A DNA stretch of 64,000 bases from an uncultured Acidobacteriota bacterium (GTDB taxonomy: Bacteria; Acidobacteriota; Thermoanaerobaculia; Multivoradales; UBA5704), in NCBI GenBank assembly GCA_963700145.1, contig OY969474.1, positions 2,656,001 through 2,720,000 on the forward strand, given 5' to 3'. Within the stretch, counting starts at the first letter, position 1; each line of letters starts with the position of its first letter. The position numbers were made by a program, and so were the translations under genes. Below the pieces are notes generated by a model that worked only from the letters and a program-made list of their open reading frames with translations, had not been told where the DNA came from and did no database searches. This document shows positions 38,439 to 47,244 of this stretch, in pieces.

Positions 38439-41400
38439 CCTTCCTCCACCGCCGCCGCCAGCCGCCAGACCCCGAGCAGCGCCGCGGATTCGTCCGTCGC
38501 GCCGGCGTCCACCGCGGCCGCCGCCGCGGCATGCGCCCGCTCGCTCCATTCGAACAGCCGCCGCCGCGCTCCCGAGTCGCCGCGCAGGCACCCCTCGGCC
38601 ACCTCGCAGAACTTGCAGCGCACCGGCTCCTGCCGCCCGCTCGGCTCCACCACCCGCGGGAAGAAGCTGCCGGCGTCCCAGAGGGCGAGGAGCGACGCCG
38701 CGGTGCCGGCGAAGAGGTCCGCCAGCTCGCGGTCGCCCTCGGGCATCGCCAGCTCGGGCGCCCCGGCCTCGGCGTTGAGGTAGAGGTAGCGCCCGCGGGC
38801 GCCGCCGGCGGGATCGGCCCGCTCGTAGGCCATCGCCTGCAGGAGCTTCCCCTCGCGCACCGCGGCGAGTAGGCGCTTGCGCGCCGTGTCGCGCTTCTGG
38901 CCGGGGTCGAAGGGGCGGCCGGTCTTGTAGTCGGTCAGGCGGAGGGCGCCGTCCGGGCCGCGGTCCAGGCGGTCGGCGCGGAAGGCGATCGGCCGCGGCC
39001 GCCCCGCCGCGTCGGCGACGGAGACCTCCCCCGCCAGCTCGACGCCGAGGACCGCCAGCCCCGCCTCCCCCCAGTCGAGCGACCGCGCCCGCTCGACCAG
39101 CGGCAGCGCCCGGTCGGCCAGCACCCGCGCCAGCCCGCGCCACGGCACCCCGTCGTCGCGCAGCGCCGCCTCCGCCTCCTCGCGCACCAGGCGCGCCAGC
39201 GCCTCGGGCGCCGGCCAGGGGACGGGCACCGGCATGCCGCCGGCGAGCGCGGCGAAGGCCGGCGCCGGCTCCCCCGCACGCGGATCGCCGCCCGCCGGCG
39301 CCCCCGCCTCGCGCGCCAGCCGGGCGAGGATGCGGTGCACCGTGTTTCCCAGGAGGCGCGCGTCCACCGCCGGGAGCGCCGCCAGCGGGTCGGGCGCCCG
39401 CTCCACGCCCAGCAGCCGCGCGGTGAAGAACTGCCAGGGGCAGCCGGCCAGGCGCTCCAGGTGGGTGACGAAGAGCGGGCGGTGGCGCGGGTCGGGCGGG
39501 GCGGCGCCGGCTGCCGCCGCCGGCAGCGCGCCGACGAAGCCGAAGTAAGGCCCGAGCCCGGCGGCGCGCGCACGGCCGGCGGCGGTGCGGCGGTCGGGGT
39601 CCAGCTCGTCGAGCACCGCGACGCGCGCCGCGGCGAGCTGCGCCGGCGGCAGCTCGCGTCCCGGCGCAAGGTGCTCCCGCCGCGCCTCCGCGATCGCCGC
39701 CGCCAGCACGCCGCCGAGCCGGGCCCGCGGGCCGTGCAGGGCGACCAGGGTCGCGTGCTCGTCGGCCGGACGCGGCGTCGGAAGGGCAGGCGCGCCGGGT
39801 CTCGGCGCCGCGAACGGCGGCTGCACCCTGTCCACGTCCTCCTCGCCCTCGGCGCGCGGCAAGCGCTCGACCAGCGGCGACGGCGACCGCGCCCGGCCGT
39901 CGTCGTCCGTCTCCTGCCAGGAGAGCGTCACCGCCGGGCTCGCCGACAGCAGCTGCGCGAAGAGGTAGCGCTCCTCGTCGAAGCCGCCGCGCTTCTCCGG
40001 CAGGTCGGGGAGGACGCGCCGCAGCACCGCGCGCAGGTCGTCGGGCAGCAGCGGGTCCTCGCGCACCGGCCGCGGGAACTCCTCGCGGTTGAGCCCGAGG
40101 AGGAACAGATGGTCGAAGGTGCGCCCGCGCGCCTCGGTGACCGAGAGCACCTGCACGCCGCCCCCGGCGCCGCCGAGTGAGCCTCGCCCCACCGCGTCGA
40201 GCGGCGCGCGCAGCACGAGGCGCAGCTCCTCGGCGGCGAGCTGCACGCCGGGCGGCAGCGCCGCACGCAGGGCGGCGACGGCGGCGAGCGCCTCGGCGTC
40301 CTCGTCCTCGCGCCAGCCGAGGTCGTCGGCCAGCAGCGCGGCCAAGCGGTCGAGGTGCTCGGCCGCGGGCGCCCGGCGCGGCCAGTCGCGGAGGCGGCGG
40401 TCGAGCCGGCCGGCGGCGCGCACGGCGGCGCGCAGCAGGTCGCCCGGGACCCGCCGCCGCGTGGCCCAAGCGGCGACCGGCTCCGGCGCCTCCGGCTCGC
40501 CCGCGTCGTCGCCGTTTCCGACCCCGGCCTCCGCGGCGGCCGCGGAGAGCCCCTGGCGCAGCGGCAGCGCGTAGGCGTCCTTCTCGCCGAGGACGCGGTC
40601 GAGGTCGAGGTCGGCGACGTCGCGCAGCCGCGCCGCGCCGAGGGCGAAGAGGGCGAGCCGCAGATCGGCGCGGCGGGCGGCGGTGAGGCGCCAGCCGCGC
40701 TCCTCGCCCCGCCCGCCGAGGCGCGCCACGGCGTCGAGCCAGCGGTCGGAGGGCGCCGCCTCGCCGCGACGCAGGAGCTCCACGAGCGCGCGGGCGCGGC
40801 GCCCCGCGGCGCCGGCGGGCCCCGCCTCGCCGGCCCCCGAGAAGGGGACGCCGGCGCGCCCGAGGTGACGGCGGAGGGCGAGGCGGTACGGCGCGAGGTC
40901 GCGCGCCACGATCCCGATGCGCTCCGGCGGAGTCCCGGCGTCGAGGAGCCCCCGCGCCGCGGCGGCGGCGGCGCGGGCCTCCGTCTCGGCGCCGGGCGCG
41001 GCGCGGCGGCGGAGGACCGGCGGAGCGGGGGGCGCGCCGGCCGTCTCGCGCTCGACCTCGGCGGCGCCCGCTATGCGCTCCAGCAGGCGGCGGGCGAAGG
41101 CCCGCTCCAGCGGCAATTCGCCGCCGGCGGTGCCGGCCGCCCCCGGGCGCAGCGCCGCCGGGTCGGGCGGCAGGTCGACGATCAGCCGCCCACCGCGGGC
41201 CCGCAGCACCGCTTCGAGGAGGTCGCCGGCGACGCCGGTCACCTCGGCGAAGCCGTGCACCAGGACCGCCCGCGCCGGCAGCAGATCGGGATCGCGGCCG
41301 AGCATCTCCGCCGCCCGCCGCTGCACGTCGCCGGCGCGGGCCAGGCCCAGCCGCTCCAGCTCCGCGGCCGTCCGCGCCGCCACCCGCACCAGCGCCTGCG

Positions 41401-42007
41401 CCCGCTCGACCTGCTGCCGGCTGCCGGCCGCCGCGCCGTCGGCGGCGAGGGCTTCGAGCGCCGCCTCGGCGTGCGCCGCTTCGAGCCCGGCGTCGAGGAG
41501 GTCGCGCACCGTCGCGGCGACGGCGGCGTAGCCGTCGAGCAGCGGATCGAGCCCGCGGGCCAGCGCCCCCTCCCGCCGCGCCGCCCGCTCGACCAGCACC
41601 GGGAAGAGCGCCTCGCCGCCGGCGGTCGCGGTGTCGCGCGCCCCGCCCGCCCGCTCCAGCACCTCCAGTGCGAGGCCGTGCAGCGTCTGCACGCGCACTC
41701 CGGCCAGCGACCGCCCGCGGCGGGCGACCAGCCGCTCCGCCACGTGGGCGCGCAGGCTGCGGGACGGGACGACGACGCGGACCGGGTCGGCCAAGAGGCG
41801 CGGCTCGCGCGCCGCCTCCGCGGCCAGCGCCTCGACCTCGGCGAGCAGCCGCTCCTCCGCCGCCCGCGCACCGTGGGCGACGACGACGCAGCCGCGTGCC
41901 CCGGGATCGGGGACCGGCGGCGCTACCGCGACCGGCTCGGGCGGAAGCAGCTCCTCTACCGTCTCGCCGAACGGCCGCTCGTCGAAAAGATTGCCTTGAA
42001 CCGCCAC
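38435..42007 (-). CDS. addB: AddB-like PD-(D/E)XK nuclease subunit
   Basis: Inactive helicase-like body, ADRLD...DYKTG, Fe-S staple cysteines GCP...CKFCEVAEGC. Confidence 0.82.
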   Translation of the reverse strand: MAVQGNLFDERPFGETVEELLPPEPVAVAPPVPDPGARGCVVVAHGARAAEERLLAEVEALAAEAAREPRLLADPVRVVVPSRSLRAHVAERLVARRGRSLAGVRVQTLHGLALEVLERAGGARDTATAGGEALFPVLVERAARREGALARGLDPLLDGYAAVAATVRDLLDAGLEAAHAEAALEALAADGAAAGSRQQVERAQALVRVAARTAAELERLGLARAGDVQRRAAEMLGRDPDLLPARAVLVHGFAEVTGVAGDLLEAVLRARGGRLIVDLPPDPAALRPGAAGTAGGELPLERAFARRLLERIAGAAEVERETAGAPPAPPVLRRRAAPGAETEARAAAAAARGLLDAGTPPERIGIVARDLAPYRLALRRHLGRAGVPFSGAGEAGPAGAAGRRARALVELLRRGEAAPSDRWLDAVARLGGRGEERGWRLTAARRADLRLALFALGAARLRDVADLDLDRVLGEKDAYALPLRQGLSAAAAEAGVGNGDDAGEPEAPEPVAAWATRRRVPGDLLRAAVRAAGRLDRRLRDWPRRAPAAEHLDRLAALLADDLGWREDEDAEALAAVAALRAALPPGVQLAAEELRLVLRAPLDAVGRGSLGGAGGGVQVLSVTEARGRTFDHLFLLGLNREEFPRPVREDPLLPDDLRAVLRRVLPDLPEKRGGFDEERYLFAQLLSASPAVTLSWQETDDDGRARSPSPLVERLPRAEGEEDVDRVQPPFAAPRPGAPALPTPRPADEHATLVALHGPRARLGGVLAAAIAEARREHLAPGRELPPAQLAAARVAVLDELDPDRRTAAGRARAAGLGPYFGFVGALPAAAAGAAPPDPRHRPLFVTHLERLAGCPWQFFTARLLGVERAPDPLAALPAVDARLLGNTVHRILARLAREAGAPAGGDPRAGEPAPAFAALAGGMPVPVPWPAPEALARLVREEAEAALRDDGVPWRGLARVLADRALPLVERARSLDWGEAGLAVLGVELAGEVSVADAAGRPRPIAFRADRLDRGPDGALRLTDYKTGRPFDPGQKRDTARKRLLAAVREGKLLQAMAYERADPAGGARGRYLYLNAEAGAPELAMPEGDRELADLFAGTAASLLALWDAGSFFPRVVEPSGRQEPVRCKFCEVAEGCLRGDSGARRRLFEWSERAHAAAAAAVDAGATDESAALLGVWRLAAAVEEG

Positions 42008-42044
42008 GAATGAAGGATACCTGCGCCTTCCCCGCTCCGAGCTT

Positions 42045-42179
42045 CCCCCCGCCCAGATCCTTCGCTGCGCTCAGGATGACGTCGGGCCGCTTATCCGGGC
42101 CACAACCTTCCGACGTCACCACAACCCTCCGACGTCATCCTGAACGGAGCGAAGCGAAGTGAAGGATCTGGGCGGGGGG
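42045..42179. repeat. CGTC-type REP doublet with internal 19-bp duplication
   Basis: Inverted REP copies; cacaaccttccgacgtcac / cacaaccctccgacgtcat tandem at 42101-42138. Confidence 0.92.
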
Positions 42180-42187
42180 CCCTTTTT

Positions 42188-44089
42188 TTACCCGGCCGCC
42201 TGCTCCTCGGCCTCGACCATCGCCCCCGCCAGCTCCTGCTCCCGGTACTGCAGCAGGTACAGCCGGTAGTAGATCCCCCGCGCCGCCAGCAGCTCCTGGT
42301 GGGTGCCCTGCTCGCGCAGCTCGCCCTTGTGCAGGACGAGGATGCGGTCGGCGCGGCGCACGGTCGAGAGGCGGTGGGCGATGACCAGGCTGGTGCGCCC
42401 GACGAGGAGCCGCGCCAGCGCCTTCTGGATGCGCTGCTCCGTCTCGGTGTCGATCGAGGAGGTGGCCTCGTCGAGGATCAGGATGCGCGGGTCGAAGGCC
42501 AGCGCGCGGGCGAAGGCGATGAGCTGCTTCTGCCCGACCGACAGCCCGGCGCCGCGCTCGCGCACCGTCGACTCCAGGCCGCCCGGGATGCGCTCGATGA
42601 ACTCCAGCGCGTGCACCTCCTCGGCCGCCCAGCGCAGGCGCGCGTCGTCGATCGCCTCCTCGCCGAGCCGGATGTTGCCGGCGATCGTGCCGGAGAAGAG
42701 GAAGACGTCCTGGAGGACCAGCCCGACGCCGCGGCGCAGGCGCTCGAGGTCCCACTCGCGCACGTCCACGCCGTCCACCCGCACGGCGCCCGTCGTCACG
42801 TCGTAGAAGCGGAGGATCAAGTTGGCGAGCGTGCTCTTGCCGGCGCCGGTGTGGCCGACCACCGCCACCGTCTCCCCCGGCTCGACCTTGAAGGAGATGC
42901 CGTGCACCACCGGCTCCTCCGGCCGGTAGCCGAAGTGGACGCGGTCGAAGTCGATGGCGCCGCGCACCTGCTCCGGGCGGTAGGGCTCGGGCGGCGCGGC
43001 GATCGTCACCGGCGTGTCGAGGACGCGGAAGAGCCGCTCCGAGGAGGCCATCGCCGACTGCAGGATGTTGTACTTCTCCGACAGATCGGCGAGCGGCTGG
43101 TAGAAGCGCTGCGCGTACTGCAGGAAGGCGATCAAGGCGCCGACCGACACTGTCCCGGCCAGCACCTCGCCGCCGCCGTACCAGAGGATGATGCCGAGCC
43201 CGAGGACGGTGATCAGCTCGACGCCGGGGTAGAAGACCGCGTAGTAGAAGATCGCCCGCACGTTGGCGTCGCGGTGCTCGTCGTTGACGCGCGCGAAGTC
43301 CGAGAAGGCGCGCGCCTGGCGGTTGAAGAGCTGCACCACCGGCATGCCGGTGACGTGCTCCTGGAGGAAGGCGTTGATGCGGGCGATCTTGACCCGCACC
43401 TCGCGGAAGCTGTCGCGCGCCCGCAGCTTGAACCAGAAGGTCAGCACGAGCAGCAGCGGCAGGATCGAGAAGGCCGCGAGCGCCAGCCGCCAGTCGAGCC
43501 AGAAGAGGACGCCGACGATGCCGGTCAGGAGCAGGATGTCGCCGACCACCGAGACGATGCCGGCGGTGAACAGCTCGTTGAGGGCGTCGACGTCGGTGGT
43601 GACACGGGTGACCAGCCGCCCCACCGGGTTGCGGTCGAAGTAGGCCACCGGCAGCCGCTGCAGGTGCCCGAAGACCTCGCGCCGCAGGTCCTTCATGATG
43701 AGCTGCCCCATCGTCTGGAGCAGCACGCCCTGGAAGTAGAGGACCGCGAAGGTGGCGAGCAGCACGACGAGGTAGAGGAGCGCCATGCCGGCGATCCCCT
43801 CGGCCGGCGTCGGGCTCAAGTCCCACGCGGCGAGGAGCCGCCGCGCCGCGTCGCTCGCCGGCGAAGTCCGCGCCCCGGCCCCGCCCGGTCGCACGAAGAG
43901 ATCGAGCGTGACGGCGGTGAGCAGCGGCCCGGCGAGCTGCAGCAACGACGAGGCCAGGATCGACAGCAGCGCCAGCGCCGTCATCCCGCGGTAGGGCCGC
44001 AGATACCCCACCAACCGCCGCATCAACCGCGCGTCGTACGCCTTGCCGAGGACCTCCTCCTCGTGCTGAGAAGCGATAGGCTCCGCCAC
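42188..44089 (-). CDS. ABC exporter, fused permease/ATPase
   Basis: [43 protein letters not shown]. Confidence 0.95.
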   Translation of the reverse strand: MAEPIASQHEEEVLGKAYDARLMRRLVGYLRPYRGMTALALLSILASSLLQLAGPLLTAVTLDLFVRPGGAGARTSPASDAARRLLAAWDLSPTPAEGIAGMALLYLVVLLATFAVLYFQGVLLQTMGQLIMKDLRREVFGHLQRLPVAYFDRNPVGRLVTRVTTDVDALNELFTAGIVSVVGDILLLTGIVGVLFWLDWRLALAAFSILPLLLVLTFWFKLRARDSFREVRVKIARINAFLQEHVTGMPVVQLFNRQARAFSDFARVNDEHRDANVRAIFYYAVFYPGVELITVLGLGIILWYGGGEVLAGTVSVGALIAFLQYAQRFYQPLADLSEKYNILQSAMASSERLFRVLDTPVTIAAPPEPYRPEQVRGAIDFDRVHFGYRPEEPVVHGISFKVEPGETVAVVGHTGAGKSTLANLILRFYDVTTGAVRVDGVDVREWDLERLRRGVGLVLQDVFLFSGTIAGNIRLGEEAIDDARLRWAAEEVHALEFIERIPGGLESTVRERGAGLSVGQKQLIAFARALAFDPRILILDEATSSIDTETEQRIQKALARLLVGRTSLVIAHRLSTVRRADRILVLHKGELREQGTHQELLAARGIYYRLYLLQYREQELAGAMVEAEEQAAG

Positions 44090-44122
44090 GCCATGGACGA
44101 TAGCAGGGAGGGCGGGCACTCC

Positions 44123-44398
44123 ATGCCCAATTTCGGGCCGATCGTGGAAGCGCCCCGCCCGCTGCGGCACCTCTTCGGCGCCGTCGTTTCCCTGAGCCTC
44201 GCGGCCTTCTTCACCTGGGCCTTCTACATCCGCTATTGGGAATGGAGAGAGTGCATCGCGCAGGCCCTCTCGAGCTGCGCGGAGCCGGAGGCCGGCAACC
44301 CCACAACTGCCGGCGCGTTCTGGGCGGTCCCCGCCGTCCTCTTCGCCGTGCTCGGCGTGCGCTTCATCTATTTATGGCGTCGGAGGCGCACCCCATGA
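44123..44398 (+). CDS. Small 2-TM membrane protein
   Basis: GGGAGG RBS, ATG 44123, two hydrophobic helices around a Cys-x7-Cys loop; ATGA overlap with the next gene. Confidence 0.6.
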   Translation: MPNFGPIVEAPRPLRHLFGAVVSLSLAAFFTWAFYIRYWEWRECIAQALSSCAEPEAGNPTTAGAFWAVPAVLFAVLGVRFIYLWRRRRTP

Positions 44399-44916
44399 AG
44401 GGCCGGCCGGGGCGTGACGAGGCCGCGCCGTACTACTTCACCTACATCGACCGGGTCGAGAGCGACGACGTCCTCGGCGTGCTGGCGGCGCAGCTCGACG
44501 AGATCCCCGCCTTCCTCGCCGGGATCGGCGAGGAGAAGTCCCTCTACCGCTATGCGCCCGAGAAGTGGAGCATCCGCCAGGTGCTCAACCACGTGAACGA
44601 CACCGAGCGGGTGTTCCTCTTCCGCGCCCTCTGGTTCGCCCGCGGCTTCGCCGACCCGCTGCCGAGCTTCGACGAGAAGGTCGCCGCCGCCGCCGCGCCG
44701 TCGGACGAGGTCTCCTGGGCGCGCCACGTCGAGGAGCTCCGCACGGCGCGCCAGGCGACCCTCTCCTTCTTCCGCAACCTGCCAGCCGAAGCCTGGATGC
44801 GGCGCGGCATCGCCAGCGGCAATCCCTTCACCGTCAGGTCCTCGGCCTACATCCTGGCCGGCCACGCCGCGCACCACGTGGCGATCCTCGGCGAGCGGTA
44901 TCTGAGCCCTCGTTGA
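44395..44916 (+). CDS. DinB/YfiT-family protein
   Basis: YRYAPEKWSIRQVLNHVNDTER, GHAAHH. Confidence 0.9.
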   Translation: MKGRPGRDEAAPYYFTYIDRVESDDVLGVLAAQLDEIPAFLAGIGEEKSLYRYAPEKWSIRQVLNHVNDTERVFLFRALWFARGFADPLPSFDEKVAAAAAPSDEVSWARHVEELRTARQATLSFFRNLPAEAWMRRGIASGNPFTVRSSAYILAGHAAHHVAILGERYLSPR

Positions 44917-44954
44917 CCAGACTGGCACTGCGGCTATACTTCGGATAGCCGCAG
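44913..44954 (+). promoter_or_regulatory. mazEF promoter and operator palindrome
   Basis: TTGACC-16-TATACT; ctgcggctat-acttcgg-atagccgcag overlaps the -10. Confidence 0.7.
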
Positions 44955-44968
44955 GAGGCGACATCATC

Positions 44969-45217
44969 ATGATCACCAAGGTCCAGAAATGGGGCAACAG
45001 CCAAGGGCTCCGGCTGAGCAAGGAGCTGCTGGGTGGCGCCGCGATCGACGTGGGGGACGCGGTCGAGGTGGTGGTGCGCGAGGGCACGCTCGTCGTGACG
45101 CCGGTTCGCCGCGTTCGCGGCGGGCACGACTTGCGCGAGCTGGTGCGCCGCATTCCCAAGGGCTACGAGCCGGAGGAAGTGAGCTGGGGTCCGCCCGTCG
45201 GCCGAGAGGTCTGGTAG
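44969..45217 (+). CDS. mazE: AbrB/MazE antitoxin
   Basis: KVQKWGNSQGLRL, WGPPVGREVW. Confidence 0.93.
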   Translation: MITKVQKWGNSQGLRLSKELLGGAAIDVGDAVEVVVREGTLVVTPVRRVRGGHDLRELVRRIPKGYEPEEVSWGPPVGREVW

Positions 45218-45553
45218 GTGGCGGAGTACGTGCCGCGAAAGGGCGACCTCGTCGCCCTCACCTTCGACCCTCAATCAGGTCACGAGCAACGCGGGCGCCG
45301 GCCGGCGCTCGTGGTCAGCAACGACCTCTTCAACAAGCACACCGGGCTCTGCATCGTCTGCCCCATCACCAACACCCGCCGTGACTACCCTTTCCACCTG
45401 TCGATGCCTGAGGACGGGGACGTCACCGGCTTCGTCATGGTCGAGCAGGTCAAGTCGATCGACTTCCGCTCGCGGCGAGCGCAGCGCATCGGAAAGGCGT
45501 CCGAAGAGGTCCTGGAAGAAGCACTCTCGATCCTCGACGCGTGCCTCTACTGA
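45218..45553 (+). CDS. mazF: PemK/MazF toxin
   Basis: FDPQSGHEQRGRRPALVVS, CPIT, QVKSIDF. Confidence 0.93.
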   Translation: MAEYVPRKGDLVALTFDPQSGHEQRGRRPALVVSNDLFNKHTGLCIVCPITNTRRDYPFHLSMPEDGDVTGFVMVEQVKSIDFRSRRAQRIGKASEEVLEEALSILDACLY

Positions 45554-45561
45554 GCTCCCCG

Positions 45562-46095
45562 ATGAGCGTGCAAGCTGATCCTCTCCTCATGGTGCTGGAG
45601 GACGCCGCGCGCTCGGATGCGGTGAGCGTCCGGGTCGCTGAGGTGTTGGAGCGGGTGCAGCGGGAGCTCGCCGCCGGTGACGCGGTGATGGCTTGGGAGA
45701 CCGTCCCGCTCGCCATCTTCGACCGCCCGCTCCCCGACACCATCCGGTCGTGCTGGGTGTTCGTCATCCGCGCCGGCGCGGAGACCGGCGCCGAGCGGCA
45801 TCCGAACAGCCACCAGCGGTCGTTGTCGCTGGCGGGGTCGGGAGAGTTTCAGCTTCGCCAGGGAGCCAATTGGGAGCCGCACCCGTTGGTCAGCGACCCG
45901 GCCGCTCCACCGGAGCGGCGATGGGTGTCGATTCCCCCGAGCACCTGGCACCGGCTCTTCGTCGGCGCCGAGAGCTGGGGGATGCTCTCGTTCCACACCG
46001 TGCCGGCGGAGGACCTGATCGAGGAAGTGCCGATCGGCCCCGACGGCCTCGACGGCGGCCCGACCGAGCGGCATCGCTATCAGGCGCAGGGCTGA
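45562..46095 (+). CDS. Cupin-fold hypothetical protein
   Basis: ERHPNSHQ...SIPPSTWH motifs. Confidence 0.6.
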   Translation: MSVQADPLLMVLEDAARSDAVSVRVAEVLERVQRELAAGDAVMAWETVPLAIFDRPLPDTIRSCWVFVIRAGAETGAERHPNSHQRSLSLAGSGEFQLRQGANWEPHPLVSDPAAPPERRWVSIPPSTWHRLFVGAESWGMLSFHTVPAEDLIEEVPIGPDGLDGGPTERHRYQAQG

Positions 46096-46131
46096 CCGGT
46101 ATAACCCCACGCCCGATTGAAGGGAATCGAC

Positions 46132-46536
46132 ATGGACGACCAACCCACCTGCGGCAAGGGCCTGGCGGAGCACTCGGTGCTGCCGGGGAGGATGGGGGAG
46201 GTGATCGACGCGCTGGCCGAGAACCTCGAGGTGCACATGGGGGCGCTCGATCTGACGGACGAGAATTCGCGGCGGGAGCGCGACGCCTACGCGGCGCTGG
46301 CGGCGGAGCATCGGGAGATCGCCGGGCGGCTGCGGGCGGTCGCCGGGAGGATGGCGGGGTACCGCGACCTGCCGATGGGGCGGCACGACTGGCAGGCGCT
46401 GGCCCGCCCGGAGGTCCGCGCGGCCTTCGGGAGGCTCGTGGCGCGCGAGGGGGAGCTTCTGGCGCTGCTTCAGGAGAGCGTCGAGCGCCACGGGAAGATG
46501 CTGGCGGGGATGGGGGCGCATCCCGGGTCTCCATAA
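46132..46536 (+). CDS. Hypothetical helical protein
   Basis: MDDQPTCGKGLAEHS...; coding-like codon bias, GAAGGGA RBS. Confidence 0.7.
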   Translation: MDDQPTCGKGLAEHSVLPGRMGEVIDALAENLEVHMGALDLTDENSRRERDAYAALAAEHREIAGRLRAVAGRMAGYRDLPMGRHDWQALARPEVRAAFGRLVAREGELLALLQESVERHGKMLAGMGAHPGSP

Positions 46537-46765
46537 TTGTCGCCTCCGGCCAAGAAATTGTTTCCTCCGGGCCGGAGGATGTTTCCTCTGTCCTAAAGGA
46601 TGTTTCCTCTGTCTCAGAGGATGTTTCCTCCGGTCCTTAAATTGTTTCCTCCGGTCCGAAGGAAGTCTCCTTTGGTCCGAGAATTGTTTCCTCCGGTCCG
46701 GAAATTGTATCCTCTGTCCTAGGAAATGTTTCCTCGGAGCCAGAGGATGTTTCCTCTGGGCTCGA
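46535..46765. repeat. 21-bp tandem array, 11 units, single arm (array C)
   Basis: Units such as aattgtttcctccggtccgga and ggatgtttcctctgtcctaaa in exact 21-bp register. Confidence 0.95.
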
Positions 46766-46788
46766 TACAACATCTCCAGGAGGCCGCG

Positions 46789-47160
46789 ATGCCCGAGAAG
46801 TCGTTGGCGGACAAGCTTTTGCTGTGGGGGACGCTGGGCGAGGGCATGAAGTCCCGCCCGGAGGAGCTCGCCTACCTCGAGGAGCAGCGGCGGGAGCTGG
46901 TCGCCCGGCTCGAGCAGGTCGAGGCGCTGATGACCGAGCAGAACGCCTACGAGGCCCGCCTGCGCGAGACGACGCGGCAGCGGATCGAGGCCGAGGCCCA
47001 GGCCGACGAGCTGTGCAGCCGCCTGACCGGCGCGCTCAAGGCGCGGTACGGCAAGCGCAACCCGGTCCTGCACGAGTTCGGGATCCGTCCCAACGAGCGG
47101 CCCGGGCCGCGGGGGAGGCGCGAAGAGGAGCCGCCGCCCGCCGAGGAGCCGGCCACCTAG
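46789..47160 (+). CDS. Small coiled-coil hypothetical protein
   Basis: AGGAGG RBS; long heptad helix, then ARYGKRNPVLHEFGIRP and a Pro/Glu/Arg tail. Confidence 0.75.
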   Translation: MPEKSLADKLLLWGTLGEGMKSRPEELAYLEEQRRELVARLEQVEALMTEQNAYEARLRETTRQRIEAEAQADELCSRLTGALKARYGKRNPVLHEFGIRPNERPGPRGRREEEPPPAEEPAT

Positions 47161-47244
47161 CCTGAAACGCTTCGCGGCCAACCGCCACCTCCAACCAAAC
47201 AGCTCGATCCCCGCTCAAGGGTGCCGCGAGCATGGAGGTGACTC

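Noticed and set aside
34704-42122. 2472-aa giant ORF suggesting an AddB-AddA fusion
   Set aside because: The upstream half is an Arg/Gly/Ala shadow of addB in another frame; addA starts at TTG 38438, overlapping the addB stop.
45547-47181. 544-aa minus-strand ORF with RRKHP heptads
   Set aside because: Antisense to three better-supported genes; the repeats come from array C.
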